Shown: piece after piece, positions 1-9,589 of the stretch
Numbering within the stretch: position 1 is the stretch's first letter
Layout: each line of letters starts with the position of its first letter
DNA from: a virus
Lineage: Duplodnaviria > Caudoviricetes
Direction: 5' to 3' (one strand)
Virus record (IMG/VR): IMGVR_UViG_2675903055_000001
Span: 1 to 64,000 of that record
Length of the DNA stretch: 64,000 bases
Translations under genes and position numbers: made by a program
Notes under the pieces: model-generated
Told to the model about the DNA's origin: nothing
Databases searched by the model: none
The model's input: only the letters and a program-made list of their open reading frames with translations

Positions 1-1398
1 CTACCCCGACTGCTGGTTGCCGCTCCGGCACGCCCGGCACTGCCGGTACCCGGTCCCCGGAGCGATGTAGGTGTTCTCCGGCGTGTACTCGTGCCCGTGG
101 CGGCAGTGCGTCCGCAGCCGCCGCCCGCCCGGCGACCACTCCACCCGCTCCGCCTCCGCCCGCGGCGCCGGCAGATCCGGCACCCGCGGCTCCGGACTCG
201 CCAGCAGCTCCCCCAGCTTCTCCGACCCGGCCCGAAGGCTGTGCGGGTCGGAGTGCACATACACCCGCTTCGTGAAGCTGAGGTCGGTGTGCCCGGCCCA
301 CGCGGAGACGACGGTGTCGGGCACACCGTTGTTAGCCATCCACGTGAGGACCGCGTGCCGCGCGTCGTACAACCGCACCCGCCGGACGCCGACGGCATCC
401 ATGAGCTTGTACGCCTCGCGCCGCAGCTTGTCCGTCTTGAACGGCCGCCCCAGCTCGTCGACGAGGACATAGCCGCTGTCCTCGTAGCCGCGGCCCGCGT
501 ACTCCTTCTCCTGCGCCTGGACCGTGCGAGCCACGGTCAGAGCCCGGAGCACGGGGATGGGCAGGGGCAGGGCCCGTCGACCGGCATCGGTCTTGGCTGT
601 CTTCTCGACAACCTTGTTGCGCTTGCCCTTCTCCAGGGTGCGGTCGTAGACGATGGTGCGGGTGTTGTCGCCGACGGCGATCGTGCCCGCGTCGAGGTCG
701 ACGTCCTCTGCCCAGCGGGTGCCGCACACCTCGGCCGGGCGCTCCGCGATGAACGCCAGCATCATCGGGCCGCACAGCCGGTGGGTGACGATGCCCGCGA
801 GGAACTTCCTCACCTCGTCCTGATCCCACGGCGCGCCGCGGGTCTTGGCGACAGCCGCGGCCTTGCGCTGCGCCTCCCGGGACACCTTCACGTGCTCGGC
901 CACGTTCCGCACGACGATGCCGCGGCGCACGGCCAGAGTGAGGGCCGACCTCAGCCGGCCGAGGGACAGCCGTGCGGAGCGGACGCTCAGGCCGGTGCCC
1001 GGCGTGCCGCCGCGCTGCCTGCCCTCGGTGACCATCCAGTCGATGAACGCTTCGACGTCTTCCTCGGTGAGTTGCTGTACCCGCATGTGCCCGAGCCTGC
1101 GGCGGATGGGGCGGATGGCGTTGTCGTAGTTGGTGGCCGTTCCCTCCTCGACATCGCGGGTGGCGGTCTTGAGCCAGGTGTCGAGGAGTTCGTCGACGGT
1201 CATCTTCGAGGGGACGACGAGAGTGCCGGCGGTGCGCTGATGGACGATGCGGGCGCGCTCGGCGACGGCTTCGGCTTTCGTGTCCTTCGTGCCGGTGATC
1301 TGCTTGCGTTTTCCCTCCGGCGTTACTCCGGCGTCGACGACGAATCGCCAGCGGGTGCTGCCGTCGCGCAGGGTGATTTTCTTGATCGGGTCGGCCAT
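1..1398 (-). CDS. int: Tyrosine recombinase/integrase with C-terminal Cys/His zinc-finger-like extension
   Basis: N-terminal arm-binding-like region; catalytic-type motifs RLYDARH and AGH...TKRVY; tail [13 protein letters not shown]...RQCRAC. Confidence 0.92.
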   Translation of the reverse strand: MADPIKKITLRDGSTRWRFVVDAGVTPEGKRKQITGTKDTKAEAVAERARIVHQRTAGTLVVPSKMTVDELLDTWLKTATRDVEEGTATNYDNAIRPIRRRLGHMRVQQLTEEDVEAFIDWMVTEGRQRGGTPGTGLSVRSARLSLGRLRSALTLAVRRGIVVRNVAEHVKVSREAQRKAAAVAKTRGAPWDQDEVRKFLAGIVTHRLCGPMMLAFIAERPAEVCGTRWAEDVDLDAGTIAVGDNTRTIVYDRTLEKGKRNKVVEKTAKTDAGRRALPLPIPVLRALTVARTVQAQEKEYAGRGYEDSGYVLVDELGRPFKTDKLRREAYKLMDAVGVRRVRLYDARHAVLTWMANNGVPDTVVSAWAGHTDLSFTKRVYVHSDPHSLRAGSEKLGELLASPEPRVPDLPAPRAEAERVEWSPGGRRLRTHCRHGHEYTPENTYIAPGTGYRQCRACRSGNQQSG

Positions 1399-1644
1399 GG
1401 AGTGCCCTCGTGGTGCGGTGGTGGTGGTAGCGGCTGCGGTCCTCGCGGGGCTTCAACTGCTGGCCACGCGTGCGCAGTCGCCATTCTTTCCGACCCTTCC
1501 GGCCGGGCGCAACGGTCGGGGAACAATCACGGGAGCAAGAATTAGAAAGGCCCAGAAAGATACTGAAAGATTGCGGGTGAATTCCCGTACCGAATTCCGG
1601 CGGAACAGTAGCGGGACATACGCGGGACTGCCACTCTCGAACAC

Positions 1645-1884
1645 ATGACGCCCGCCGAACTCCAGCGGATCACCACCGCCCGCACACTCATCACCAAGGG
1701 CGAAGCGCGGCAGCACCGCGCCGCCCGGCACCTCTCCCTCCAGGACGTCGCCGACTCGATCGGCATCAGCCGCTCCACCATCCACCGCTGGGAGACCGGC
1801 ACCTCGATCCCCAGCGCCGCCAACGCTCTCCGCTGGGCCGACGCCCTCGGCATCACCGAGGAGGACACATGCCAAGCCGAGTGA
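1645..1884 (+). CDS. XRE/Cro-like helix-turn-helix protein
   Basis: LSLQDVADSIGISRSTIHRWETG HTH motif; divergent from int. Confidence 0.85.
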   Translation: MTPAELQRITTARTLITKGEARQHRAARHLSLQDVADSIGISRSTIHRWETGTSIPSAANALRWADALGITEEDTCQAE

Positions 1885-2093
1885 CCCGCCGCCCGACCCT
1901 CCGCGAAGTCGAGCGGTGGCCGGCCACAGTCAGCGTCAGCGAAGCGGCGACGGCGCTCGGGATCTCCGCTTCGCACCTGAGGGCTCAGATCGCGGCGGAC
2001 TCCGCGCCGGTGGAGGTGCTTCGGTTCGGCCGCGCCTACCGGGTGGTGACCGCAAGTCTCGTCGATCTGCTGTCGGGTCGCGCTGCCGCCTGA
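1869..2093 (+). CDS. Excisionase-like HTH DNA-binding protein
   Basis: VSVSEAATALGIS...FGRAYRV pattern; adjacent to integrase. Confidence 0.7.
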   Translation: MPSRVTRRPTLREVERWPATVSVSEAATALGISASHLRAQIAADSAPVEVLRFGRAYRVVTASLVDLLSGRAAA

Positions 2094-2282
2094 TGGGACG
2101 ACGCCCGCCCCGCCCCCTGGCCAAGGGGCGGGGCGGGGCCCCGCCCGCCGAGCTCCACGCCTCCTCTGACGTGAGCCCGGCGGGCAGCTTGCGGTCGGCA
2201 TCCACGGATACCCCGGGGTGCATATGCCAGCAACCCCTGGAACCGAACTATCATTCGTTCGGGTGGCTATCCGTCAACAGCC

Positions 2283-2317
2283 TTGACAAGATCATATAAA
2301 GCATCTGTGCAGATGCT
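2283..2317 (+). promoter_or_regulatory. Promoter -35 (TTGACA) plus palindromic operator AGCATCTG-TG-CAGATGCT upstream of XRE gene
   Basis: TTGACA at 2283-2288; 8-bp perfect inverted repeat at 2300-2317. Confidence 0.55.
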
Positions 2318-2350
2318 GACTAGTGATCATCTTCCGTCAACGCTTGCCGG

Positions 2351-2584
2351 GTGCCCGCCCAGCAACACGACCCGATCCGAGAGCGCCAACGCGCCATCGG
2401 TCGCCGTGTCCAGCACGAACGCATGCGGGCCAACCTCACCCAGCTCGACCTCGTCGACCGCGCCGGAATCGACCGCATCACCCTCCAGCGCATCGAGGCC
2501 GGCACGACCGACGCGCGCCTGTCCTGGCTGCTGCGCATCGCTGGAGCGATCGGCGTACCCCTCGCCGACCTCGTGCGGGAGTAA
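2351..2584 (+). CDS. XRE-family HTH regulator
   Basis: LTQLDLVDRAGIDRITLQRIEAG...LLRIAGAIGV. Confidence 0.85.
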   Translation: MPAQQHDPIRERQRAIGRRVQHERMRANLTQLDLVDRAGIDRITLQRIEAGTTDARLSWLLRIAGAIGVPLADLVRE

Positions 2585-2628
2585 GCCCTGGCCGCCCGCG
2601 ACGGGGGAGGCACGACCGGCCAGGGCAG

Positions 2629-2976
2629 TCATCGGGGCGGATCCGGGCAGCGCTCGCCATCCCGCGGACACGCCAGCGCGCAACGCACCACGATCTGCCC
2701 ACGCGAGTAGTACCCCGCATAGGCGTCAGCCCCCCGGTCCACGCAGTCCCGGAGGTAGCTGAGCTTCCCCTCCACATCCGCAGGCGGAGCGGCGCGCACT
2801 TCCTTGTCCAGCCACGCGACCACCTCGCCCGCGTCGGTGAACGTGTTGGCTCGCATGGACTGCGGCTTCCTGAACCATTGGCTGATCGTGTTCGGCGGCA
2901 CCGCAGCCTGGACGTTACGGGCCTCGCTGTCCTTGGGCCACTGGCCCCCGGTGTAGGTGTAGGCGTGCCAGTGCAT
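2629..2976 (-). CDS. Hypothetical protein
   Basis: ATG start, RBS-like AGGAAGG upstream, GC3-biased codons. Confidence 0.65.
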   Translation of the reverse strand: MHWHAYTYTGGQWPKDSEARNVQAAVPPNTISQWFRKPQSMRANTFTDAGEVVAWLDKEVRAAPPADVEGKLSYLRDCVDRGADAYAGYYSRGQIVVRCALACPRDGERCPDPPR

Positions 2977-3194
2977 GCTGGCCTTCCTGATCGGGCGGGG
3001 CGCCCCGGCGACCAGAGCGCCCCGCGTATCGAGTTGTTACCGGTCGCCGCCGCAGCCTTGGCCGCTGCCGCAGTCGGCGTCTTCGGCCGGTTGGGTAGGC
3101 TCGTCGTCCTCGGGATCGGCGGACAGGATCAGCGCATGCATGGTGCTCCTCCTCCTGCTGGTTTTCTCGGGGACCCGCCTCCGGGCTGCGGTCG

Positions 3195-3527
3195 TCACGC
3201 GATGGAGTGGAAGCCGTGCGTGTCGGCCTGTCCGGTGGCGGGGACTTCCGGCTCCTCTCTCTCGTCGGAACTGGGGCCCCGTCCCGGCCGGTCCGCCACG
3301 GGGTCCGCCCGGGTGATGTCGCTCCGGCCGGGACGGGAGTCAGGTGCGGCGTGGAGCCGCCGCGCACCGGCGTGCTTCTCCTCCCAGTGGAGGTGCAGCA
3401 CCTCGTGCAGCACCGCCTCCAGCGCGGTCTCGCCCTGGTGCTGGGCGCTGGTGATCTGGGCCCGGTACTGCTCGCAGTAGACGCACGGCACGTACTCGCA
3501 GTCCGGGCCGACGCTGGTCACGGTCAT
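3195..3527 (-). CDS. Hypothetical protein (CxxC motif)
   Basis: MTVTSVGPDCEYVPCVYC; start overlaps upstream stop. Confidence 0.5.
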   Translation of the reverse strand: MTVTSVGPDCEYVPCVYCEQYRAQITSAQHQGETALEAVLHEVLHLHWEEKHAGARRLHAAPDSRPGRSDITRADPVADRPGRGPSSDEREEPEVPATGQADTHGFHSIA

Positions 3528-3919
3528 GTGGTGTCTCCCGGCTCGGCGATCTCGACAGGCAGTGCGGCGCGGCGGTCCGGGCACACAGCGAGGAGCACCA
3601 GGGCGGCCTCCATCTGCTGGCCGCAGTCCTCGGGCAGGCTGTCCAGCGGCACCACGAACGCGCCGAGATCGCTGTGGAGTCGGGCGGCCTGCTGCAGGTC
3701 GGCCGCGTAGCGGGTCCCGAGGCTGACCGGCCAGGTCAGCTTCTGGTGCCGGGCGTGCCAGGCAACGCGCCGCAGGCAGTCGGCCCGCGGGCCGGGGCCC
3801 GTCAGGTTCCATAAGGCATTGAGGAACGGCGAGCCGAGGCTGCTGCGGCCGTACCGGTGCAGGTGCTCGCGCAGGTGTCGGCGCAGGGACTGGACGGGAC
3901 TGTCGGGATTCTCAGGCAC
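3524..3919 (-). CDS. Hypothetical protein
   Basis: Translationally coupled chain of small ORFs. Confidence 0.55.
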   Translation of the reverse strand: MPENPDSPVQSLRRHLREHLHRYGRSSLGSPFLNALWNLTGPGPRADCLRRVAWHARHQKLTWPVSLGTRYAADLQQAARLHSDLGAFVVPLDSLPEDCGQQMEAALVLLAVCPDRRAALPVEIAEPGDTT

Positions 3920-4079
3920 GGGGCTTGTCCTTCTGGGAGTCGCACTCGCGGCAGCGGATGCTGACGACGCGGCCCTTCTCGTCGCTGCTGCTGGTCAGAG
4001 TGAGCGGCCGGGTGCAGCGGGGGCAGGTGCCGTACCAGGTGCCGCGGCGGGCCGTGGGCGTCGCGGGATCAGCAGGCAC
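3912..4079 (-). CDS. Small zinc-ribbon-like protein (CPRC...CREC), not in ORF track
   Basis: GTG start at 4079; MPADPATPTARRGTWYGTCPRC...IRCRECDSQ; overlaps neighbours. Confidence 0.5.
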   Translation of the reverse strand: MPADPATPTARRGTWYGTCPRCTRPLTLTSSSDEKGRVVSIRCRECDSQKDKPRA

Positions 4080-4224
4080 TGCGCCCGCCCCCTTGGTTGC
4101 AGCGCGGGCACCGGCAGGGCGGCCACGTCGAGGTGACGGGGCAGCGCTCGGAGCCGCGGAGTGTGCGCTGCCGACTCCAGGTTCGGCCGCCGTCGCGGGA
4201 GACGCGGATCTTCAGGGCGCTCAT
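4069..4224 (-). CDS. Small Cys-containing hypothetical protein
   Basis: MSALKIRVSRDGGRTWS...PPCRCPRC; ATGA overlap with upstream gene. Confidence 0.55.
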   Translation of the reverse strand: MSALKIRVSRDGGRTWSRQRTLRGSERCPVTSTWPPCRCPRCNQGGGRSAC

Positions 4225-4535
4225 GCGCGGCGGCTCCCCGTCAGTCGGAGGCCGAGGTCGCGCAGCCCGCGGAGCCTGCGCTCCAGCGCGGCGTCGTACT
4301 CGGAGCGCTCCTCGACCGTGGCCGGACGCACGTCGCGTGGGTCGGCGCGCCACTCGTAGCCGGTCTCGGTCACCAAGACGTACCGCAGCGGGGGCCCTGT
4401 GGAGACGAGCTGCACCCGTCCCACCCACGCCGGCTCCGACGGCATGGCCTGCCGCGTGGCCTCATCCACCACGTAGTCGCCACGCACATGCGGGTTGCCG
4501 GTGGAGGCCGGTCGTTGCCCTACGGTCTCGGTCAT
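4221..4535 (-). CDS. Hypothetical protein
   Basis: First gene of small operon divergent from XRE-TPR regulator. Confidence 0.55.
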   Translation of the reverse strand: MTETVGQRPASTGNPHVRGDYVVDEATRQAMPSEPAWVGRVQLVSTGPPLRYVLVTETGYEWRADPRDVRPATVEERSEYDAALERRLRGLRDLGLRLTGSRRA

Positions 4536-4549
4536 GACCTTAGGAAACC

Positions 4550-4614
4550 GAAAGTGTCCGGTGAGGCATCAGGACAGTTCGGGGTCACCTACTTCCGGTG
4601 AACCGGACACTTTC
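4550..4614. promoter_or_regulatory. 13-bp inverted repeat pair in divergent promoter region
   Basis: GAAAGTGTCCGGT (4550-4562) ... ACCGGACACTTTC (4602-4614). Confidence 0.5.
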
Positions 4615-4669
4615 TGCTGCGCTGGAAGCCACGCACCGCTAACTTCGAAGCTCAGCGAAAGGGGGCGCC

Positions 4670-5944
4670 ATGCCACGGGAGCGCAACAAGAAGCTCGAAG
4701 ACCTGCTCCTGACCTACGGGTTCACGCATCAGGGGCTTGCCGAGGAGATCAACCGTGTCGCCGAGTACCTCACCGGCGAAACCGCCTCCTGCACGGATCG
4801 ACACGTCCGGCGCTGGATCGCAGGCGACGTGCAGCGGCCATGGTCACGGTACCTTCTTCCCCTCCAGGAAATCTTCGGCTGCTCGCCGGAGGCAATGGGT
4901 TTCATCCCACGCGCCAAACGCCCCCGCCCCCTTCCGCCTCCCCCAGCACGGGCAGCCTCGCATGAGAGGACTCCGCCCGTGCGTCGTAGGGAGTTCATCG
5001 CTGGCGGGCTCGCGGCCACCCTGGGCGTGGACAACATCCCGACCAGCGGCCGGCTCGGCACGAGCGACGCTGACCGGATTCGTTCGCTCGTTCCCGCCCT
5101 GTACGGCCACGACCACGCCCTCGGTGGCGGAGCCCTCCATTCCGTGGCGGGTGAGGCCCTCGCGCGAGTGCACGATGCCCTGAACCGATGCACCTACGGG
5201 CCGCGGGTCGAGAAGATTCTGTACTCGGCCGCTGGAGATCTCGCCGCGTCCGCAGGGTGGTTTGCCTACGACGCCGGTCTCCAGGAAGCCGCCAGCGCCC
5301 TGTATCAGGAGGCGCTCCAGTCGGCGATGCTCGCAGGCGACGGGACCCTCCAAGCCCGGGTGTGGTCGAACCTGGCGATGCAGGCCCGGCTCCAACACCG
5401 GGACCAAGAGGCGCTCCGCATCGGGCGGGCGGCAGTGGAGACACGGCAGGCGAAGGACGATCCCCGGTTGATGGCGCTGCTGCACTGCCGCCAGGCCGTC
5501 GGGCACGCGTGGCTCGGCGAGCGGTCACGAGCGGAGCGGTCGCTGTCGAGGGCGGAAACGGCCTACGGCAAAGCGAGCGGTGAGCCCACGGCGTGGCTGT
5601 CGTTCCTGACCCCCGCCGAGATTCTCGGATTGGCCGGGGCTGCACGGCAGGCACTCGGTCAGCACCGGAGGGCCGACGAACTGACGTCCGCAGCTTTGGT
5701 GCAGCTTGAGCCGCGCTTCGAGAGGAACCGCACCTACTACACCTTGCAGCGTGCCCAGGCTCTGCTGGACGGTGGCGAAGTGGAGGGCGCCGTCCAGCAA
5801 GCTCGGCGGGCGTCGGGCATGGCTGGCCGGGTGCAGAGCGCGCGGCTGGCAGACAAGCTCGCCAAGGTGCGCAGTGGGTTGGGTCGGTACCCCAAGGTGG
5901 CGGCGGCGCGGGAGTTCTGCGAACAGACCAGGCAGGAGGTGTGA
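4670..5944 (+). CDS. XRE-HTH + TPR-like regulator (NsdA-like Streptomyces family)
   Basis: N-terminal HTH (FTHQGLAEEIN...DRHVRRW), VRRREFI linker, helical repeat C-terminus. Confidence 0.8.
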   Translation: MPRERNKKLEDLLLTYGFTHQGLAEEINRVAEYLTGETASCTDRHVRRWIAGDVQRPWSRYLLPLQEIFGCSPEAMGFIPRAKRPRPLPPPPARAASHERTPPVRRREFIAGGLAATLGVDNIPTSGRLGTSDADRIRSLVPALYGHDHALGGGALHSVAGEALARVHDALNRCTYGPRVEKILYSAAGDLAASAGWFAYDAGLQEAASALYQEALQSAMLAGDGTLQARVWSNLAMQARLQHRDQEALRIGRAAVETRQAKDDPRLMALLHCRQAVGHAWLGERSRAERSLSRAETAYGKASGEPTAWLSFLTPAEILGLAGAARQALGQHRRADELTSAALVQLEPRFERNRTYYTLQRAQALLDGGEVEGAVQQARRASGMAGRVQSARLADKLAKVRSGLGRYPKVAAAREFCEQTRQEV

Positions 5945-6480
5945 TGACCGAGCTGGAGATTCAACGACGGGGCGCCGGGGACCTCGACGAGATCCGACTG
6001 CAACTCCTAGCGGTGTACGCCGAGGTATACCGGAACCGGTTGGACGAGGAGTTTCACAGCATCGAGCGGTTCGACGAACGGCTCGGCTGGAACACTGAGG
6101 TTCCCGGGTTCGCCGCCGCTGTCGGCTACCTCGACAAGACACCGGTCGGTTACGCCTTCGGATGCGTGCTCCAACAGGGAACGAACTGGTGGAAAGGTCT
6201 GCGCACTCCTGCGCCGGAGGCTGAGCTCGCTGAGACCGGAGCCCGGACGTTCGCACTGTCGGAGTTGATGGTGGTGGAGTCTGTCAGGGGTACGGGGGCC
6301 GCCCGTCAGATTCATGATGCGCTTGTGCGTGATCGCGCCGAAGAGCGTGTGACGCTACTCGTGGAGCGTGATCACCCGCGCGTGCGTGCCCGGTATGAGG
6401 AGTGGGGATATCGGCAGATCGGGGAAGTGGTGCCCTTCCCCGATGCGCCGGTGTACGACGCGATGCTGCTCAAGCTGTAG
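5941..6480 (+). CDS. GNAT family N-acetyltransferase
   Basis: ELMVVESVRGTGAARQIHD acetyl-CoA motif A; ARARYEEWGY-like motif B. Confidence 0.88.
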   Translation: MMTELEIQRRGAGDLDEIRLQLLAVYAEVYRNRLDEEFHSIERFDERLGWNTEVPGFAAAVGYLDKTPVGYAFGCVLQQGTNWWKGLRTPAPEAELAETGARTFALSELMVVESVRGTGAARQIHDALVRDRAEERVTLLVERDHPRVRARYEEWGYRQIGEVVPFPDAPVYDAMLLKL

Positions 6481-6721
6481 CGCGTCCGCCTCGACGACTC
6501 CGCGCGGGGGCGGGGCGTGGGAGTGGGGGCCGCGCGGGTCGTGACCTCACCGCCACGCTCCGGCCACGTCCATCACCAATCGCACGACAGCGATCAGCAC
6601 TGCCCAGCAGTTCCAGTCCACACCCGTCCGGTCCTCGTCCATGGCTACCTCCTCGTAGGTGGACGAGGACCGTAGGTCGGACGGCGAGCCGCGTGCGGCG
6701 GGTTACCCACAGGTCAGCGCG

Positions 6722-7168
6722 CTAGTCATACCGCCCTTGCCTCCGTCCGAGCGCCGCTCTCTCCTCGGGGGTGAGGTAGGCGTCGCGCAGTTGGGCGCGC
6801 CACGTGAACCACTCCAGCCGGTACGCCGGCCGCACTGCAGGCAACTGGTAGGCGATCCGGGCTCCCCACGGCTGAGGAGGAACGCCCGACGGAAGCACAG
6901 GACCGAGCGGCTCGCCCTCGGCGTCGAAGCCGAACCCACTCTTGTTGTACAGCGGGTTCTCGGCCTGGATGGCACTCAGCTCGGCTTCCTCCGCCTCCGG
7001 CCGGGTGCCGTACCAGGTGAGGTGCTTATCGGTGACTTCTGGCCACCAGAGCATTTCCTTGCGGTGATCCTTCCACCGCTGTTTCGGAGCCCAGGTCACG
7101 CCGACGTACAGCAAGGTGCCTTCGGCGTCATACAGGCGGTACACGGCTGTCGCCCGGGTGTCATCCAC
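6722..7168 (-). CDS. GIY-YIG nuclease domain protein
   Basis: AVYRLYDAEGTLLYVGVT...QRWKDH...E...AI..ENPLYN. Confidence 0.85.
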   Translation of the reverse strand: MDDTRATAVYRLYDAEGTLLYVGVTWAPKQRWKDHRKEMLWWPEVTDKHLTWYGTRPEAEEAELSAIQAENPLYNKSGFGFDAEGEPLGPVLPSGVPPQPWGARIAYQLPAVRPAYRLEWFTWRAQLRDAYLTPEERAALGRRQGRYD

Positions 7169-7474
7169 GCGCGGAGCATGGCACGAGGCACTGACAGTGG
7201 AGCGGGCCGCCGCCGTCAGACCAGCTCCGTAGACTGGCGGGCATGGTGGGGGACGATGTCGGACGTTCGTGTGCGTGTGGTGATGCGGAGGCGTCGGCGA
7301 ACGCCGCGATCCGCCGGTTCGTGGCTGGGCGCACGGTGTGGACTCCGGAGGCGCTCGCCGAACTTGATCAGCTTTGGGCTGCGTGGCGGGCCGCGCAGCG
7401 CAGCAGCAGGGGTCCGCACCGGCACGCAGCGCAGGGCTAGCGACGCGCCCGCAGGAGCGCCACCAAGCGACACC

Positions 7475-7942
7475 TCATGGCCGCCACTCCTCGCGGTAGT
7501 CGGGGTGGTCCGCGTAGGGCAGCGCGAGCGCTTGGAGGGCCGCGCGTAGAGAGTTCATCGCGCCGGTCATGAGGTCGTGCGGCGGCGTGCCGGGCTCTGC
7601 GGCCGCGAGAGTACGGGCCGCATCCTCGTAGTACCTCACGACCCGCCGCTTCGCCTCGATGTCGGCGAGGACCCGGGCCGGGTCGTGGCGAGCGATGTGA
7701 TCGATGCGGTTCTGTGCGTCGCCCTCATCCATGCCTTCGATACTGACTACGACCGGGAAGGCGGAAGACTCGGGATCGGCAATGACAGCTACCCGGTCAG
7801 GGTCCGCCCAGAGCTGCACGTACCACCGGGGGCGTGGCTCTCGGTTCAGCTCCACCCATTTCTCCGGCTCAGCGGCTGCCCGCGCCAGTCGCTCGTCCTC
7901 GTCGAGCCGGGCCCGTAGGAACGCCACCAGGTCGCCGGTCAC
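7475..7942 (-). CDS. DUF6221-like protein
   Basis: DLVAFLRARLDEDE...HIARHDPARVLADIEAKRR...LALPYADHPDYREEWRP. Confidence 0.8.
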   Translation of the reverse strand: MTGDLVAFLRARLDEDERLARAAAEPEKWVELNREPRPRWYVQLWADPDRVAVIADPESSAFPVVVSIEGMDEGDAQNRIDHIARHDPARVLADIEAKRRVVRYYEDAARTLAAAEPGTPPHDLMTGAMNSLRAALQALALPYADHPDYREEWRP

Positions 7943-8193
7943 AGCAGCATGTCCAGGTAGAAGTAGAAGAGGTGCCCGCACGGCAGGAAGTCGATCAGCA
8001 TGGTGCCGTGCAACGTCTGCTCCCCGTTGATCCGCTCCGGGGCCACGTCGCACGTCGGGCAGTGCGGCAGAGGCGGGTAGTCGGGTTGCTGGAACATCCC
8101 GTCCACGATGCTTCTCTCGCGGTTCCGGAGGGCCGTCCGCAAGTTCGCTACCTGTGCCGGGAGCAACAGCTCCCGATTCGCCAGCTTGCCCAC
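7939..8193 (-). CDS. Small Zn-binding hypothetical protein
   Basis: PPLPHCPTC...LPCGHLF; paralogous to 60433-60726. Confidence 0.6.
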   Translation of the reverse strand: MGKLANRELLLPAQVANLRTALRNRERSIVDGMFQQPDYPPLPHCPTCDVAPERINGEQTLHGTMLIDFLPCGHLFYFYLDMLL

Positions 8194-8564
8194 TCTGCTT
8201 CTCCTCTACGGATCCGGCCCCGCTGCGCTGTAGCGGGGCCGTCCGTCCACATGCAGCCAGCATGATGGATGTGATGCACCCAGTGTGACAGGGCCGGGTG
8301 ACAAGCGGCGGGGGCTCGGGATGCGGTGCGGACCCCCGGCGGTTCGTGAACGTGCGAAAGCCTCCGCCTGTGTGGCGGAGGCTTGACGCTAGCCCCGCAG
8401 TGGCGGGGAGCAGGCGCCGGGCACTGTGCGAGAACCGACGCGCACCACGCCTGCGCGTGCAGGTAGGCAACCGCAGCCGCTCAAGGAGTAAAGGGAGCTG
8501 CATGCCTCACACAGGCGGTGACTCGCTGAGTATGACACAGGCAGAGGAGAGTCACGAAGACCCC

Positions 8565-8593
8565 TTGCGCCTTCCAGATTTGGAAGCTACTGT
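8565..8593 (+). promoter_or_regulatory. Sigma70-type promoter with palindromic operator in spacer
   Basis: TTGCGC (8565-70), 17-bp spacer, TACTGT (8588-93); spacer contains CTTCCA-GATT-TGGAAG. Confidence 0.65.
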
Positions 8594-8647
8594 GGTTGTC
8601 ATGAGGTCAGGGGAACAGCCCCAGACCCCGCCGGAAGGAACCGGTCG

Positions 8648-9154
8648 ATGAACACCACCGCCGCCGCCATCGAGGCCAACGTCACCGTCGCCACCATCCG
8701 CACCTGGTGCCGCTACGGAGCCATCAACGCCGTCAAGCAGGCCGGCCGCTGGATCATCGACACCGCCTCCCTCGCCGCCCGCATCGCCATCGGCGCCCTC
8801 AAGCGACCCGCCCGCACAGTCGAGTTCACCATCGACACCATGACCGCCATCGGCGGCAACCGCTGGCAGAAGAACGGCCACGACCGCGTCTACATCAACA
8901 ACTGGGCGCACTTCGCGGGCATCGAGACCAGCCACTACAACACCGGCAACATCTCCTCCGCCAGCTACCAGGGCGCAGGCATCTCCAACAGCCAGGCGAG
9001 CAAGCTCCTCGGCTGCATCGACAAGGTGTGGTTCGACGCCGCCACCGGCAAGATCCACGCCCGCTTCGGCTGGAGCGAGTCCCGCGTCGCCGACCGCGAC
9101 GAGGTCTTCGCCGCCGTCGTCTCCGGCATCCGCGACGCCATCGCCGCCCTCTGA
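8648..9154 (+). CDS. N-terminal HTH (MerR/excisionase-like) protein, unknown C-terminal domain
   Basis: MNTTAAAIEANVTVATIRTWCR...GRWIID. Confidence 0.8.
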   Translation: MNTTAAAIEANVTVATIRTWCRYGAINAVKQAGRWIIDTASLAARIAIGALKRPARTVEFTIDTMTAIGGNRWQKNGHDRVYINNWAHFAGIETSHYNTGNISSASYQGAGISNSQASKLLGCIDKVWFDAATGKIHARFGWSESRVADRDEVFAAVVSGIRDAIAAL

Positions 9155-9195
9155 ACCACCAGCACACACATCCGAACCGAGCAAAGGGGACAGCT

Positions 9196-9534
9196 ATGAC
9201 CACCACCACCGACTACGGCACCTGGTGCAACCACGGCGACCGCTACAACGTGAGCGTCGAGGCCAGCATCCTGGACGCCATCAACGGCGGCGACAGCGAC
9301 TGGCAGCAGCGCATGGAGACGTCCGGCGCACTCGACCGCATCGCCTCCGACTACCGGAAGGCCATCGACAACGTCCTCCCCGAGGGCATCTCCATCGCTG
9401 GGAACGAGTTCATCGGCCTGCACCACACCGACCCCGACTACACCGAGGAGATCGGTGACTTCGACATCGCCGGGGCGATCGAGGACATCGACCTGTTCGC
9501 CATCATCGAGCGCCACGACGTCGACAACGCCTGA
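9196..9534 (+). CDS. Small acidic hypothetical protein (anti-CRISPR/anti-defence candidate)
   Basis: 112 aa, Asp/Glu-rich; RBS AAGGGGA; directly upstream of Aca2-like gene. Confidence 0.75.
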   Translation: MTTTTDYGTWCNHGDRYNVSVEASILDAINGGDSDWQQRMETSGALDRIASDYRKAIDNVLPEGISIAGNEFIGLHHTDPDYTEEIGDFDIAGAIEDIDLFAIIERHDVDNA

Positions 9535-9589
9535 CAGCATCACTCACAGCCCCCGGCCGCCCGGTCGGGGGCCTCACCTTGGAGGCACT

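Noticed and set aside
1-1650. att core and immunity repressor assignment
   Set aside because: No repeat partner was identified by eye; several HTH genes exist but none can be assigned as the repressor from sequence alone
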